Shown: in pieces, positions 1 to 10,760 of the stretch
How positions within the stretch are numbered: the stretch's first letter is position 1
Layout: each line of letters starts with the position of its first letter
DNA from: Terriglobia bacterium
GTDB taxonomy: Bacteria; Acidobacteriota; Terriglobia; Acidiferrales; UBA7541
Direction of reading: 5' to 3'
DNA length: 64,000 nt
NCBI GenBank assembly: GCA_020072765.1
Contig: JAIQGD010000002.1
Location: 4,796-68,795, forward strand
Program-made: the position numbers and the translations under genes
Notes under the pieces: model-generated
What the model was told of the DNA's origin: nothing
The model's database searches: none
Seen by the model: only the letters and a program-made list of their open reading frames with translations

Positions 1-80
1 TCCTGCCCGGCGATCGCGTCGCCGTGGAGCTGTCGCCCTACGACCTGACGCGCGGGCGCATTGTCTATCGCTACAAGTAG
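1..80 (+). CDS. infA: translation initiation factor IF-1, 3' end (partial at window edge)
   Basis: Frame 3 reads LPGDRVAVELSPYDLTRGRIVYRYK* and ends at TAG 78-80. This is a typical IF-1 C-terminus, and it lies directly upstream of rpmJ as in the conserved cluster. Confidence 0.85.
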   Translation, partial: LPGDRVAVELSPYDLTRGRIVYRYK

Positions 81-140
81 GCGGGCTCCCGCCAGAAGCG
101 GTGTTCGCCTCGGCGGGCCGGAAATGACGGAGTCGACGAA

Positions 141-254
141 ATGAAGGTTCGTGCATCGGTTAAAAAGATTTGCATGAAGTGCAAGGTTGTTCATCGGCGC
201 GGCGTCGTCCGGGTGATTTGCATCAACCCGAAGCACCGCCAGCGCCAGGGATAA
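141..254 (+). CDS. rpmJ: 50S ribosomal protein L36
   Basis: ATG 141 to TAA 252-254 translates to [37 protein letters not shown] (37 aa). It is too short for the ORF track. The CxxC...C..H zinc-ribbon pattern is typical of L36. Confidence 0.92.
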   Translation: MKVRASVKKICMKCKVVHRRGVVRVICINPKHRQRQG

Positions 255-279
255 CCGGAAACGCAGGGAGGAAAACCGC

Positions 280-666
280 ATGGCTCGCATTGCAGGCGTG
301 GACCTGCCGCCCAATAAGCGGCTCTGGGTCGGTCTCACCGCCATCTATGGCATTGGGCAGCAGCGCGCGCGTTCGCTCGCCGAAAAGGCGAACGTCGACG
401 TGACCAAGAAGATCAAGGACCTCACCGAAGAGGAAGTCACGCGCCTCCGCGCCGCCATCGAGGCTGAAGGCGGCGTCGAAGGAGATCTCCGCAAGGACAC
501 GCAGATGAACGTCCGGCGGCTGATCGAAATTCAGTGTTACCGCGGCCTGCGCCACCGCCGCAATCTTCCCGTCCACGGCCAGCGCACCCATACCAATGCC
601 CGGACTCGCAAGGGCCCGCGCAAGGGTGCCGTCGCGGCCAAGAAGAAAGTAGCGGCGCGCAAGTAG
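280..666 (+). CDS. rpsM: 30S ribosomal protein S13
   Basis: The 128-aa ORF begins [26 protein letters not shown], a canonical S13 N-terminus. Synteny is rpmJ-rpsM-rpsK. Confidence 0.95.
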   Translation: MARIAGVDLPPNKRLWVGLTAIYGIGQQRARSLAEKANVDVTKKIKDLTEEEVTRLRAAIEAEGGVEGDLRKDTQMNVRRLIEIQCYRGLRHRRNLPVHGQRTHTNARTRKGPRKGAVAAKKKVAARK

Positions 667-744
667 CCGCCTGGGTTCGGCGATCAGTAGGGGCGCTCAA
701 GGCTTCGGCCGGCGCCTGCTGGAAAGGCAAAAGAGGAAACTATC

Positions 745-1188
745 GTGGCCAAAGAAACGAAAGACGCGGCCGTAGCTCCGGTTGCGGCGAAGCCGACGAA
801 ACGCAAGAAAGAGTTTCGCAAAAAGAAAGAGAAGCGCGTGGTGCCGCACGGCGTCGTGTGCATTCAGGCGTCGTTCAACAACACCATCATCACGCTCACC
901 GATCCCGATGGCCGCGCCGTCAGTTGGTCTTCGGCCGGCTCGGTCGGTTTCAAGGGCTCCCGCAAGGGCACGCCCTACGCCGCCCAGCAGGCCGCGATGA
1001 CCGCCGCCGGCGTCGCGCGCGACCAGTACGGCATGAAGTCGGTGGAAGTGCGCGTCAAGGGGCCGGGCGCGGGGCGCGAATCCGCCGTCCGCGCGCTGGC
1101 GTCGTCCGGGCTGCACATCAATTCCATCAAGGACGTGACGCCCGTGCCGCACAATGGTTGCCGGCCGCCCAAGCGCCGCCGCGTATAA
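745..1188 (+). CDS. rpsK: 30S ribosomal protein S11 (Lys-rich N-terminal extension)
   Basis: GTG start. The core [19 protein letters not shown]...[11 protein letters not shown] is the S11 signature. Confidence 0.93.
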   Translation: MAKETKDAAVAPVAAKPTKRKKEFRKKKEKRVVPHGVVCIQASFNNTIITLTDPDGRAVSWSSAGSVGFKGSRKGTPYAAQQAAMTAAGVARDQYGMKSVEVRVKGPGAGRESAVRALASSGLHINSIKDVTPVPHNGCRPPKRRRV

Positions 1189-1236
1189 GCGTTTCGGTCA
1201 CACAGTTTAGTTGTTCGTGGCAAAGGAGAGAAGCAC

Positions 1237-1869
1237 TTGGCAAGACATCGTGATGCGGTTTGCCGGTTGTGCCGGCGCGAAGGGCAGAAGCTCTTCTTGA
1301 AGGGCCTCCGGTGCTTTACGGAGAAGTGCGCCATCGAAAAGCGGAATTTCGTTCCCGGCCAGCACGGCCAGGCGCGCCGCCCCAAAATGGTGGGGTATGG
1401 CATCCAGTTGCGCGAAAAGCAGAAGGTCAAGCGCACCTACGGGCTTCTCGAGCGCCAGTTCCGCAACTGCTTCGAGAAGGCGGAGCGCGCTCCGGGTCCG
1501 ACGGGCGCAAACCTCATGGTCATGCTCGAGCGGCGGCTGGATAACGTCGTCTATCGCATGGGGCTGGCTGGGTCGCGCACCCAGGCGCGCCAGTTCGTGC
1601 TCCATGGACACATCCGCGTCAAGGGCCACAAGGTCAATATCCCCAGCTATCTGGTCGACGTCGGCGACGAGGTCGCCCTCAAGGACAAGATGCACCAGAA
1701 CGCCATGGTTCTCGAAGCCCGCAATCTGGCGCAGAGCCAGGGCGTCGCCCCGTGGCTCGATATCGACCGCGAGAATTTCAAGGCGCGCGTCGTGGCCTTG
1801 CCGCGCCGCGAGGACGTCCAGACGCCGCCGATGAACATGCAGCTGATCGTCGAGTTGTACTCGAAGTAG
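1237..1869 (+). CDS. rpsD: 30S ribosomal protein S4
   Basis: TTG start. MARHRDAVCRLCRREGQKLFLKG...EKC is the S4 zinc-finger-type N-terminus, followed by an S4 RNA-binding domain. Confidence 0.93.
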   Translation: MARHRDAVCRLCRREGQKLFLKGLRCFTEKCAIEKRNFVPGQHGQARRPKMVGYGIQLREKQKVKRTYGLLERQFRNCFEKAERAPGPTGANLMVMLERRLDNVVYRMGLAGSRTQARQFVLHGHIRVKGHKVNIPSYLVDVGDEVALKDKMHQNAMVLEARNLAQSQGVAPWLDIDRENFKARVVALPRREDVQTPPMNMQLIVELYSK

Positions 1870-1932
1870 CGCCGTTTCTTGATTCGAAAAGTTTGCGGGT
1901 CGGCCCCTTGTGGGCCGGGAGGAAGGGTGAAG

Positions 1933-2961
<1,029 letters not shown>

Positions 2962-2986
2962 GCCCCCAGGGGCCAGGGACTGCACT

Positions 2987-3424
2987 ATGAGACATCTCAG
3001 ATCAGGTTCTAAACTTGGGCGTCAACCGGCTCATCGCCGGGCCACGCTCCGCAACCTCGTCACCAATTTGATCGAGCGCGAACGCATTCAAACCACGCTC
3101 CTCCGCGCCAAGGCCGCGCGCCCGCTCGCCGAGCGCATGATCACCCTCGGCAAGCGCGACTCGCTGCACTCGCGGAGGCAGGCCGCTTCTTTCCTGATGA
3201 CTCCCGGCGCCACGCAGAAGCTCTTCACCGATCTGGCGCCGCGTTTTGCCGATCGTCCGGGAGGCTATACCCGCATCATCCGCGTGGGCTGGCGGATTGG
3301 AGATGGCGCCGAGCTGGCCATCCTCGAATTCATCGGTTCGGAATTGAAGAAAAAGGAAAAGAAGCCGAAAAAGGCTGTCGCGGAGGAAGCGCCCGAAGAA
3401 AAGGAAGCCGCGGCCGAAAAGTAG
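2987..3424 (+). CDS. rplQ: 50S ribosomal protein L17 (Lys/Glu-rich C-terminal tail)
   Basis: MRHLRSGSKLGRQPAHRRATLRNLVTNLIERERIQTT is a canonical L17 start. ATG 2987 lies inside ORF 2882..3424. Confidence 0.93.
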   Translation: MRHLRSGSKLGRQPAHRRATLRNLVTNLIERERIQTTLLRAKAARPLAERMITLGKRDSLHSRRQAASFLMTPGATQKLFTDLAPRFADRPGGYTRIIRVGWRIGDGAELAILEFIGSELKKKEKKPKKAVAEEAPEEKEAAAEK

Positions 3425-3448
3425 AGCCTTCTCCAACCGCATTCACCA

Positions 3449-3482
3449 GCCCGTCCGGATTTCTCGGACGGGCTTTTATTTT
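3449..3482. terminator. intrinsic terminator hairpin shared by convergent rplQ and the VanZ-like gene
   Basis: The stem is GCCCGTCCG (3449-3457) pairing with CGGACGGGC (3465-3473), followed by TTTTATTTT. It sits 25 nt after the rplQ stop and overlaps the 3' end of the minus-strand ORF. Confidence 0.7.
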
Positions 3483-3979
3483 GCCGCCAATATTTCCGGT
3501 TTCGGCGCCGGCCGCTCCCGTTTGCGCAGCGCCAGCACGGCCACGGCGGCGATGATTTGTCCGCCGGCCCCGGCGGTGGTGTCGAGCAGGATGTCGGATA
3601 GCTCCAGGCTGCCGCGTCCCGGCGTCCACGACTGGTGCCATTCATCCAGCGCCGCGTAGCCCGCGACCATCGTAATCACGAGGAGCGCCCAGGTGAGATG
3701 CGCCTCGCGCCGCCCGGCGCGGATTCCCCGCAGAAGGAAAAGGCTCAGGACGAAGTATTCGCCGACGTGGCCGCCTTTGCGGAGCAGGTGATGGAGCAGC
3801 GCGAGCGTGTGGTGCGAGGCGTGCGGGAAAATCCATTGCAGCAGGGGAAGAATGTACCGGCTGGTGTGTTCGGACGAAAAAACGCCGGTGGAAAAGGCCG
3901 AGATGAGGATGGCCCAAACGATGGCCGGCCACCACGACGAAAGCCAGCTCGCTCCAGAATTTTCTCGCGCGCTATTCAA
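3476..3979 (-). CDS. VanZ-like family membrane protein
   Basis: The 167-aa hydrophobic ORF has about four TM segments and a VanZ-like pattern ([10 protein letters not shown]..., [18 protein letters not shown]). It has a TTG start and overlaps the guaB stop by 8 nt, which suggests co-transcription. Confidence 0.5.
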   Translation of the reverse strand: MNSARENSGASWLSSWWPAIVWAILISAFSTGVFSSEHTSRYILPLLQWIFPHASHHTLALLHHLLRKGGHVGEYFVLSLFLLRGIRAGRREAHLTWALLVITMVAGYAALDEWHQSWTPGRGSLELSDILLDTTAGAGGQIIAAVAVLALRKRERPAPKPEILAAK

Positions 3980-5432
3980 GACGGTAGTTGGGCGCCTCGC
4001 GCGTGATGATGACGTCGTGGACGTGGCTTTCGCGCAGGCCGGCCTGCGAAATGCGGACGAACCGGCCCTTCTCGTGGAGTTCCTTCAACGTTTGCACGCC
4101 GCAGTATCCCATGCCGCTGCGCAACCCGCCGACCAGCTGGTCAACAAGCCCGGCGAGCGGCCCTTTATAGGGGACCTGGCCTTCGATGCCTTCGGGTACC
4201 GACTTGCCGCGCGCCGCGCCTTCCTGTGCGTAGCGGTCGGCCGAGCCGGCTTCCATCGCCCCGATCGAGCCCATGCCGCGGTAGGCTTTGAACGTGCGGC
4301 CCTGGTAGAGAATCGTTTCGCCGGGCGATTCTTCGGTGCCGGCAAACAGGCTGCCGATCATGACGGCGGAGGCGCCGGCGGCGATGGCCTTGGTAATGTC
4401 GCCGGAAAATTTGATGCCGCCGTCGGCGATCACCGGCACGCCGCTGCCCTGGGCGGCGCGCGCGGCCTCGGAGATGGCCGTGATCTGCGGCACGCCCGCG
4501 CCGGTGACGACGCGCGTGGTGCAGATCGAGCCCGGCCCGATGCCCACCTTGAGCCCGTCAATGCCCAGCGCGATCAGGTCGCGCGTTCCCTCGGCCGTGG
4601 CGACGTTTCCGGCCACCAGGTCGAGGTCCGGGAATTTGTGTTTCACCGCGCGGATGGCATCCATCACGCGCGTGGTGTGGCCGTGGGCCGTGTCGATGGC
4701 CAGGATGTCGACTTTCTCGTGGGCCATTTCCTCGGCGCGCTCCAGAAAGTCGCCGGTGGCGCCGATGGCCGCGCCCACGCGCAGCCGCCCCTGATCGTCC
4801 TTGGTGGCATTGGGGAACTCGAGTTTTTTCTGGATGTCCTTGACGGTGATCAGGCCCTTGAGTTGATAATCCTTGTCCACGACGAGAAGTTTTTCGATGC
4901 GATGCTTCTGCAGGATGCGCTCGGCTTCTTCCAGCGTCGTGCCCACCGGCACGGTGACGAGGTTTTCCTTGGTCATGATGTTGCTGACGGCCTGGTCGAG
5001 GTTGCGTTCGAAGCGCAGGTCGCGGTTGGTCAGGATGCCGACGAGTTTCTGCCCGCGCGTGACGGGGAGGCCCGAGACCTTGTACTTGTTCATGATGTCG
5101 AGGGCCTGGCGCACGGAAAGTTCCGGGGCAATGGTCACCGGGTCGACGATCATGCCGCTTTCCGAGCGTTTGACGCGGTCCACTTCCTCGGCCTGGAGCT
5201 CGATGGTCATGTTGCGGTGGATGAAGCCGATGCCGCCTTGGCGGGCGATGGCGATGGCCAGGCGCGCGTCGGTCACCGTGTCCATGGCCGCGGCCACGAT
5301 GGGAATGTTCAGCGCGATCTTGCGCGAGACGTAGGTGCGCGTGTCGGCCTGCGCGGGCAGCACCGACGATTTGCCGGGCAGCAGCAGCACGTCGTCAAAG
5401 GTCAAGGCTTCGGGAACGGCTCCATCAATCAT
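3972..5432 (-). CDS. guaB: IMP dehydrogenase
   Basis: The 486-aa ORF reads [13 protein letters not shown]...AAMDTVT...[18 protein letters not shown] and contains a CBS pair. It is full-length IMPDH. Confidence 0.95.
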   Translation of the reverse strand: MIDGAVPEALTFDDVLLLPGKSSVLPAQADTRTYVSRKIALNIPIVAAAMDTVTDARLAIAIARQGGIGFIHRNMTIELQAEEVDRVKRSESGMIVDPVTIAPELSVRQALDIMNKYKVSGLPVTRGQKLVGILTNRDLRFERNLDQAVSNIMTKENLVTVPVGTTLEEAERILQKHRIEKLLVVDKDYQLKGLITVKDIQKKLEFPNATKDDQGRLRVGAAIGATGDFLERAEEMAHEKVDILAIDTAHGHTTRVMDAIRAVKHKFPDLDLVAGNVATAEGTRDLIALGIDGLKVGIGPGSICTTRVVTGAGVPQITAISEAARAAQGSGVPVIADGGIKFSGDITKAIAAGASAVMIGSLFAGTEESPGETILYQGRTFKAYRGMGSIGAMEAGSADRYAQEGAARGKSVPEGIEGQVPYKGPLAGLVDQLVGGLRSGMGYCGVQTLKELHEKGRFVRISQAGLRESHVHDVIITREAPNYRLE

Positions 5433-5584
5433 TGCGTCTCCTGCGGGCGGGTTGGCCCTGTATAAACACCGAAGCCCAGCAGGATGCGCCGGGCTTGGAA
5501 AAGTCTTCTTTGTGGGAAAATTCCTTCATGAATGGATTCGGTATTTTAGGCGCATCGCCCGATGAAAGCAAGGCGGCGAGCGGT

Positions 5585-5632
5585 GGAAGAGGAGGCAGAG
5601 GAAGTAAAGGAAGCAGAGGAGGCAGAGGAATC
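5585..5632. repeat. purine-rich intergenic repeat (GGAGGCAGAGGA occurs twice)
   Basis: The exact 12-mer GGAGGCAGAGGA occurs at 5591-5602 and 5618-5629. Related purine-rich runs lie at 5966-6023 and 7968-8042. Confidence 0.5.
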
Positions 5633-6048
5633 GAGGTCCACGGCCGGCTGTGCCGTGCGTGGAAGCGTGGGAACAGAGGTCCCTCGACCCCCGCCGGTCG
5701 GGCGGGACGGCGATGCTCAGGGGGGTGCAAAGTGTAGCGATTAGAACTGGTGCCGACCCTTTGTTTCCAACGAGTTACGGCGATTTCTGTTTCCGGGGGT
5801 GTTGCGATTAGAAACCGGTGTGGGACGGCTGCGCCGGGCCTGCTGGGCAGGGCCTGGCTCCCTACATTGCGTCCGCTGGTTGTGCTCTGTTGCTCCATAA
5901 AATGCCCCATAAATCATGGTAGTGCATGCGGTGCGAATTGCAAGTGTGAGAGTCTGTGGACAGTTGGAGGCAGGGAGGCGGGGAGGCAACGAAGCAGGGA
6001 AACAGTGAAGCAACGAGGCAGGGATCTGCTGCCTCATGGCATGGCGTG

Positions 6049-6618
6049 CTATTTCGCTGGCGGCGCCGGTGGGGGCCCGGACTCGGCTTCGACGATGAAG
6101 ATTTCGGCGATGGGGGAGACGTGGGCGTCGATGAGATGGCCGCCCTTGGTGCTGCCGTCGGGAAGGCTCACCACCGCGTGGGTGTGGACGTAGGGCTTGC
6201 CGTCGCGCAGAGAAATATTGCCGATGAGCGAGACCAGCTCGCACTTCTGGTCGATGGCGATTTTTTTGAACGCGCCCTTGGGCGGATCGCCCCAGCCGAG
6301 CGTGGCGGTGCTGAAGCCGCCCAGCCCGGTGATGCGGGCGGCGGCGATGTGGTTCTTGGCGGCAAATTCGGTGAGGCCGGAAAGCAGTTCATCGCCGGGG
6401 CCGAAGGTGACCTTGAACGTTCGGGCGGGCGAGAGCTGCTCGCCCTTCATGTTGGGCGCTTGTCCCGTGGCGGTGACGGGCGCGGGCCGGATGTAGCCCT
6501 CGGGGAGGGGCGCCTGTTGTTGCGCGCCGAGCGAGAGCGCGGCGGCGGATGCGAGGGCGGCGGCCAGAAAAACGGTGAGCCAGCGGCTGGCGCTGCTGTT
6601 GCGAAGAGTGCGATTCAT
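6049..6618 (-). CDS. secreted PPC/DUF296-domain protein
   Basis: ATG 6618 is preceded by AAGGAG 6 nt upstream. There is a signal peptide (MNRTLRNSSASRWLTVFLAAALASAAALSLGAQ). The core FKVTFGPGDELLSGLTEFAAKNHI...GNISL..GKPYVHTHAVV is typical of the PPC (DUF296) fold. Confidence 0.6.
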   Translation of the reverse strand: MNRTLRNSSASRWLTVFLAAALASAAALSLGAQQQAPLPEGYIRPAPVTATGQAPNMKGEQLSPARTFKVTFGPGDELLSGLTEFAAKNHIAAARITGLGGFSTATLGWGDPPKGAFKKIAIDQKCELVSLIGNISLRDGKPYVHTHAVVSLPDGSTKGGHLIDAHVSPIAEIFIVEAESGPPPAPPAK

Positions 6619-6930
6619 CAGGGGCTCCTTGCGCGGGATGTTCATGGCCCGTTTCCAGGCCGGGTAAATCCTACACCAAGTCGCTGTCTGCGAGTGTAGT
6701 GTCCCGGAGATAGCTCGCAAATTTGGCAGCCCGGCAGGGCGCAGCAAGCAGCGCCCCTACAGCGGATTACAAGCCGCGAACTATTGGCGGTTATTTGCGG
6801 GACGCAACACTAGCTTGGCGCAATCGCGGGCAAAAAGCTGCCCGCCCCAAAACCGGGCGGCCGCTACAAAAGACAGGAACGGAAGGCAAGAAGTTGCGCG
6901 GAGGCGGCGGAGTGCCTACCATGGGAAGCG

Positions 6931-7932
6931 GTGAAAGAATTTCAGCCGCACACGATTCTTCGCAACGCGCATCGGATGACGATCGCCGCGGCGTTCTGGC
7001 CGCGGCGGTTTCCGCGGCTATTCGCGAGCAGTCCGCGATTGTTCCAGACCGAGCCGGGAACGCGGGTGCGCGGCGAATGTCACTGGCAGGAGCGCCCGCG
7101 CGAGCATCCCACGCTGGTGCTGCTGCACGGTCTGGAAGGCTCGAGCGAATCCGGATACATCCTGGGCACCGCGGAGAAGGCCTGCGCGGCGGGCTTCAAC
7201 GTGGTGCGGCTGAACCAGCGGAACTGCGGCGGCACCGAACATCTGACGCCGACGCTGTACCATTCGGGGTTGAGCGGCGACGTTGGCGCGGTGGTGCGGG
7301 AACTGGCCGAGCGCGACGGGCTGCCGGAAATCTTCGCGGCGGGGTTTTCGATGGGCGGGAATCTCGTGCTGAAGATGGCGGGTGAATTCGGAGATTCCGC
7401 GCCGAAACAGCTGCGCGGATTCGTGGCCGTGGCGCCGGCGTTCGACCTGGCGGCGTGCGCCGATGCGCTGGCGGAGCCGCGGAATTTCCTCTACGAGCGG
7501 CATTTCGTGCGGCGGCTGAAGCGCCGGATGCGCGAGAAGGCGCGGCTGTTTCCGGAGCGGTACGAAGCGGCGGTGAACGGGGGCATGCGCGCGATCCGCA
7601 CGGTGCGCGATTTCGACGACGCGATCACGGCGCGCTTCTGCGGGTTTGAAGGCGCCGCCGATTACTACGCGCGGTCCAGCGCGGTCCAGCTCGTGGGGGC
7701 GATTGGCAGGCCCACGCTCATCCTGACGGCGCAGGACGACCCGTTCGTTCCCTATGCGACGTTCGCGCGCACGGCGCTGCGCGAGAATCCCAACATCACG
7801 CTGGTGGCGCCGCGGCAGGGCGGCCATTGCGGATTCATTTCGCGGGCGCGCGGCGCGGAGCGCTTCTGGAGCGAAGCGCGGATCGTGGAGTTTTGCGCGG
7901 CGCGGTCATCGTTGCTGGGACGGGATGCGTGA
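6931..7932 (+). CDS. alpha/beta hydrolase, YheT/ABHD1-3-like
   Basis: The 333-aa ORF contains HGLEGSS, the nucleophile elbow GFSMGGN, and a DDPFVP...GGHCGF C-terminal catalytic region. Confidence 0.7.
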   Translation: MKEFQPHTILRNAHRMTIAAAFWPRRFPRLFASSPRLFQTEPGTRVRGECHWQERPREHPTLVLLHGLEGSSESGYILGTAEKACAAGFNVVRLNQRNCGGTEHLTPTLYHSGLSGDVGAVVRELAERDGLPEIFAAGFSMGGNLVLKMAGEFGDSAPKQLRGFVAVAPAFDLAACADALAEPRNFLYERHFVRRLKRRMREKARLFPERYEAAVNGGMRAIRTVRDFDDAITARFCGFEGAADYYARSSAVQLVGAIGRPTLILTAQDDPFVPYATFARTALRENPNITLVAPRQGGHCGFISRARGAERFWSEARIVEFCAARSSLLGRDA

Positions 7933-7967
7933 GGGGCGCTGATGGTCAGGGGCAAAGGGCGCTTCAC

Positions 7968-8042
7968 ACAGAGAAGGGCGATTCACCGCAGAGGCGCGGA
8001 GGACGCAGGGAGAAAGAACGCAAGAAGAATCGGGAGAGAAGG
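7968..8042. repeat. purine-rich intergenic repeat related to 5585-5632 and 5966-6023
   Basis: The run CACAGAGAAGGGCG...CCGCAGAGGCGCGGAGGACGCAGGGAGAAAGAACGCAAGAAG has the same GCAGRGGA-type motif composition. Confidence 0.4.
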
Positions 8043-8060
8043 CTGACCGCAGGGGAACTG

Positions 8061-8223
8061 CAACTCATCTCATAAATGGTGTGGCAGGTTTCTTAGCCTG
8101 ACTTCAGGGGCTTCCCGACTCAAGACGTCGGGACGCAAAAGGCGCGAAAGCCCTGTGAAAACGAATGCGTTAACGCCGGGGCTGAAGCCCCGGCCTCCTA
8201 AAAACGATTTATGAGTGAGGTTG
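8061..8223. repeat. MITE/REP-like element with imperfect terminal inverted repeats and internal GC hairpins
   Basis: The left end CAACTCATCTCATAAAT (8061-8077) matches the reverse complement of the right end ATTTATGAGTGAGGTTG (8207-8223). Internal hairpins are CCCGAC/GTCGGG and GCCGGGGC-TGAA-GCCCCGGC (8175-8194). The latter module recurs at 23101-23135. Confidence 0.45.
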
Positions 8224-8236
8224 TCGCGCGACGGGA

Positions 8237-8749
8237 TCAAAGCTGGTAGATGACTTTGCCGCCGGTGTCGGCGGTGGGGCCGTAGACCGACGGGACGGGG
8301 ATGCCGAGCAGGCGCAGATAGACGATCAGCTGGCCGCGATGATGCGCGGAATGAGTGACGCGGCGTGTGAAGATCCAGGCGCGGGAGCGCGGGACGTCGA
8401 AAAACGAAGCCGGCTCGCGCCACCACGGATCAGGCTTGGTGCGGAGGATTTCGAGCCGCCGCGTGGCGTCGGCGCGGTATTTTTCGATGTAGCCCTGTTT
8501 TGTTTTCGCGGCGGGGTTGGGATCTCCGGTGTCGATTCCCAGCATGGCGGTCATCCAGCGGCCCTCGGACTGCACCTGATGCTCGAACTGTTCGAGGACG
8601 GTGCGGGACTTGGGGCTGGGGCGAAAATCCATGGCGCTGTCGGGGAACGCGGACCAGATTCCCACGATCTTGAGAATTTCCGTCTCGTAGGTGTCGAGCA
8701 GGAAGGCGTAGGTACTCTCGGGCGTGCTGGGCATTGGCGTCACGGCCAT
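8237..8749 (-). CDS. DinB-family (DinB_2-like) protein
   Basis: ATG 8749 lies inside ORF 8237..8929. The approximately 170-aa product has a four-helix-bundle pattern ending FTRRVTHSAHHRGQLIVYLRLLG, which is the typical DinB His motif. Confidence 0.6.
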   Translation of the reverse strand: MAVTPMPSTPESTYAFLLDTYETEILKIVGIWSAFPDSAMDFRPSPKSRTVLEQFEHQVQSEGRWMTAMLGIDTGDPNPAAKTKQGYIEKYRADATRRLEILRTKPDPWWREPASFFDVPRSRAWIFTRRVTHSAHHRGQLIVYLRLLGIPVPSVYGPTADTGGKVIYQL

Positions 8750-8807
8750 TATAGGGCGGCGCGGGGCGAAAATGCACGGGCGCGAGGAATCGCGGAAGAC
8801 ATACTGC

Positions 8808-8835
8808 TTGACCGCACGCGACCGTGTGGCAGAAT
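8808..8835 (+). promoter_or_regulatory. possible sigma70-type promoter for the formate dehydrogenase operon
   Basis: TTGACC (8808-8813), a 16-nt spacer, then CAGAAT (8830-8835), about 24 nt upstream of ATG 8859. This is a pattern match only. Confidence 0.25.
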
Positions 8836-8858
8836 TGTTAGCGGAGGATTCAGCCGCA

Positions 8859-10760
8859 ATGGCGATCCCATCGAAGAACCGGTTGACGCAGCCGCTCGTC
8901 CGAGTCAACGGCACGCATCGTCCCGCCACCTGGGATGAAGCGCTGGACCGCGTGGCGGAGGGTTTCCGCGCGCAGATTCAGAAGCACGGTCCGAAGACGT
9001 TCGGGATGTTCAGTTGTTCGAAGACGACCAACGAGGCGAACTACGCGGCGCAGAAGTTTGTGCGCACGGTGATCGGCGCGAACAACATCGACAGCTGCAA
9101 CCGGACTTGACACGCTCCCAGCGTCGTCGGTCTGGCGACGGTATTTGGGGCGGGCGGCGGGACGAGTTCGTACCGCGCCATCGAAGACACGAACGTCATC
9201 CTGCTGTGGGGCTCGAACGCGCGGGAGACGCACCCGATTTTCTTTCACCATGTGCTGAAGGCGGTGCGCAAGGGCGCGAAGATGTACGTGATCGACCCGC
9301 GGCGCACGACCTCCGCGCAATGGGCGGACGTCTGGCTGGGGCTGGACGTCGGCACCGACATCATTCTGGCCAACGCCATGGGCCGCGAAATCATCGCCGC
9401 CGGGCTGACGAATGCGCGGTTCATCGAGCATGCCACCAGCGGATTCGAGGCCTACAAGAAGTTCGTCGAGAAATTCACGCTGGAGCGCGCCGAGCGGGAA
9501 ACGGGTGTTCCCGCGGAGGTCATTCGCCAGACGGCGCACGCCTACGCGCGCGCGGAGCACGCGGAGCTGTGCTGGACGCTGGGCATCACCGAGCACCACA
9601 ACGCGGTGGACAACGTCCTGGCGCTGATCAATTTGGCGCTGCTGACCGGGCACGTGGGCCGCTACGCCAGCGGCATCAACCCGCTGCGCGGACAAAACAA
9701 CGTCCAGGGCGGGGGAGACATGGGCGCGCTGCCCGACCGGCTGCCGGGCTTCCAGCACGTCGAGAACGACGAGCTGCGCGGGAAATTCGAGCGCGCCTGG
9801 GGCGCCAAGATCGATCCCAAGCGCGGCTTGCGGCTCAGCGAAATGTTCGACGCCATGGAGCGCGGCGAATTGACGGCGCTCTACGTGATGGGCGAAAACC
9901 CCGTGGATTCCGAGGCGGACCGCCACCGCGCGCGCAAGCTGTTGGGCGGGCTCGGTTTCATGGTCGTCCAAGACATGTTTTACACGGAGACCGCGGCGCT
10001 GGCGGACGTCATTCTGCCGGCGGCGGCGGGATGGTGCGAATCCGAGGGCACGGTCACGTCGAGCGAGCGCCGCGTGCAGCGCGTGCGCGCGGCGGTGCCG
10101 CCTCCTCCCGGCGTGCGCGACGACGTGGAGATCATCTTCGATCTGGCGCGGCGGCTGGGACATGACTGGGGCAAGCCCAATTCCGAGGGCCTCTGGAATG
10201 AACTGCGGCAGCTCAGCCCGATCCACGGAGGAATGAGCTACCGGCGGCTGGAAGAACTGGGCGGGATTCAGTGGCCGTGCTACGACGAAACGCATCCGGG
10301 CGAAATCTATCTGCACGGCCGGCTGTGGGCCACGCCGTTGATTGGCCCGCGCGCGCCGTTCAGTGCGGTGGAATTTGCGCCGCCGAAGGACGCGCTCGAC
10401 GCCGAGTATCCGATGCGGCTGACCACGGGGCGGCGGCTCGATTCGTACAATACGGGCGTGCAGAGCGGCCGCTACTCCTCTCCGCTGCGCCAGGAGGAAG
10501 CCCTGGAGCTGTGTCCGGAGGACGGGGCGCGCTACAACGTGCGCGAGGGAGAGAAGGTGCGAGTCAGCTCGCGCCGCGGCTCGGTGATTGCGCCGGTGCG
10601 CTTTGATTCCGGACTCCGCCCCGGCCTTGCCTTCTTAACGTTTCATGCCCACGATCAGGTCGCGACCAACGACTTGACCATCGATGCGATCGATCCGAAG
10701 TCGGGGACGGCCGAGTTCAAGGCCACCGCCATTCGCATCGAGAAATGCCAGGAGAACTAA
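8859..10760 (+). CDS. formate dehydrogenase catalytic piece (molybdopterin MopB plus C-terminal cap domains), selenocysteine at UGA 9108-9110
   Basis: ORFs 8724..9110 and 9252..10760 are in the same frame. Reading through TGA 9108 gives ...NNIDSCNRT-U-HAPSVVGLATVFGAGGGTSSYRAIEDTNVILLWGSNARETHPIFFHH..., which matches the FdhF/FdhA Sec-His active-site motif. ATG 8859 has a GGAGGA Shine-Dalgarno sequence. The gene lacks the N-terminal Fe-S domains. Confidence 0.85.
9122..9140 (+). promoter_or_regulatory. bacterial SECIS-like hairpin
   Basis: The stem CGUCGUC (9122-9128) pairs with GGCGACG (9134-9140) as 7 bp including one G-U. The loop is GGUCU. The hairpin starts 11 nt after the UGA, which is the spacing and GGUC loop remembered for E. 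coli fdhF. Confidence 0.7.

Noticed and set aside
5425-5910. A 161-aa minus-strand ORF across the guaB upstream region.
   Set aside because: Its translation is dominated by low-complexity text derived from the purine-rich repeats (PLPPLLPLLPLPPLPPL). It has no Shine-Dalgarno sequence and no recognisable domain.
8724-10760. ORFs 8724..9110 and 9252..10760 treated as two separate genes, or as a disrupted pseudogene.
   Set aside because: They are in the same frame and no other stop lies between them. The TGA sits exactly at the FDH Sec/Cys active-site position, followed by His, and a SECIS-like hairpin starts 11 nt downstream. I interpret this as one Sec-containing gene.
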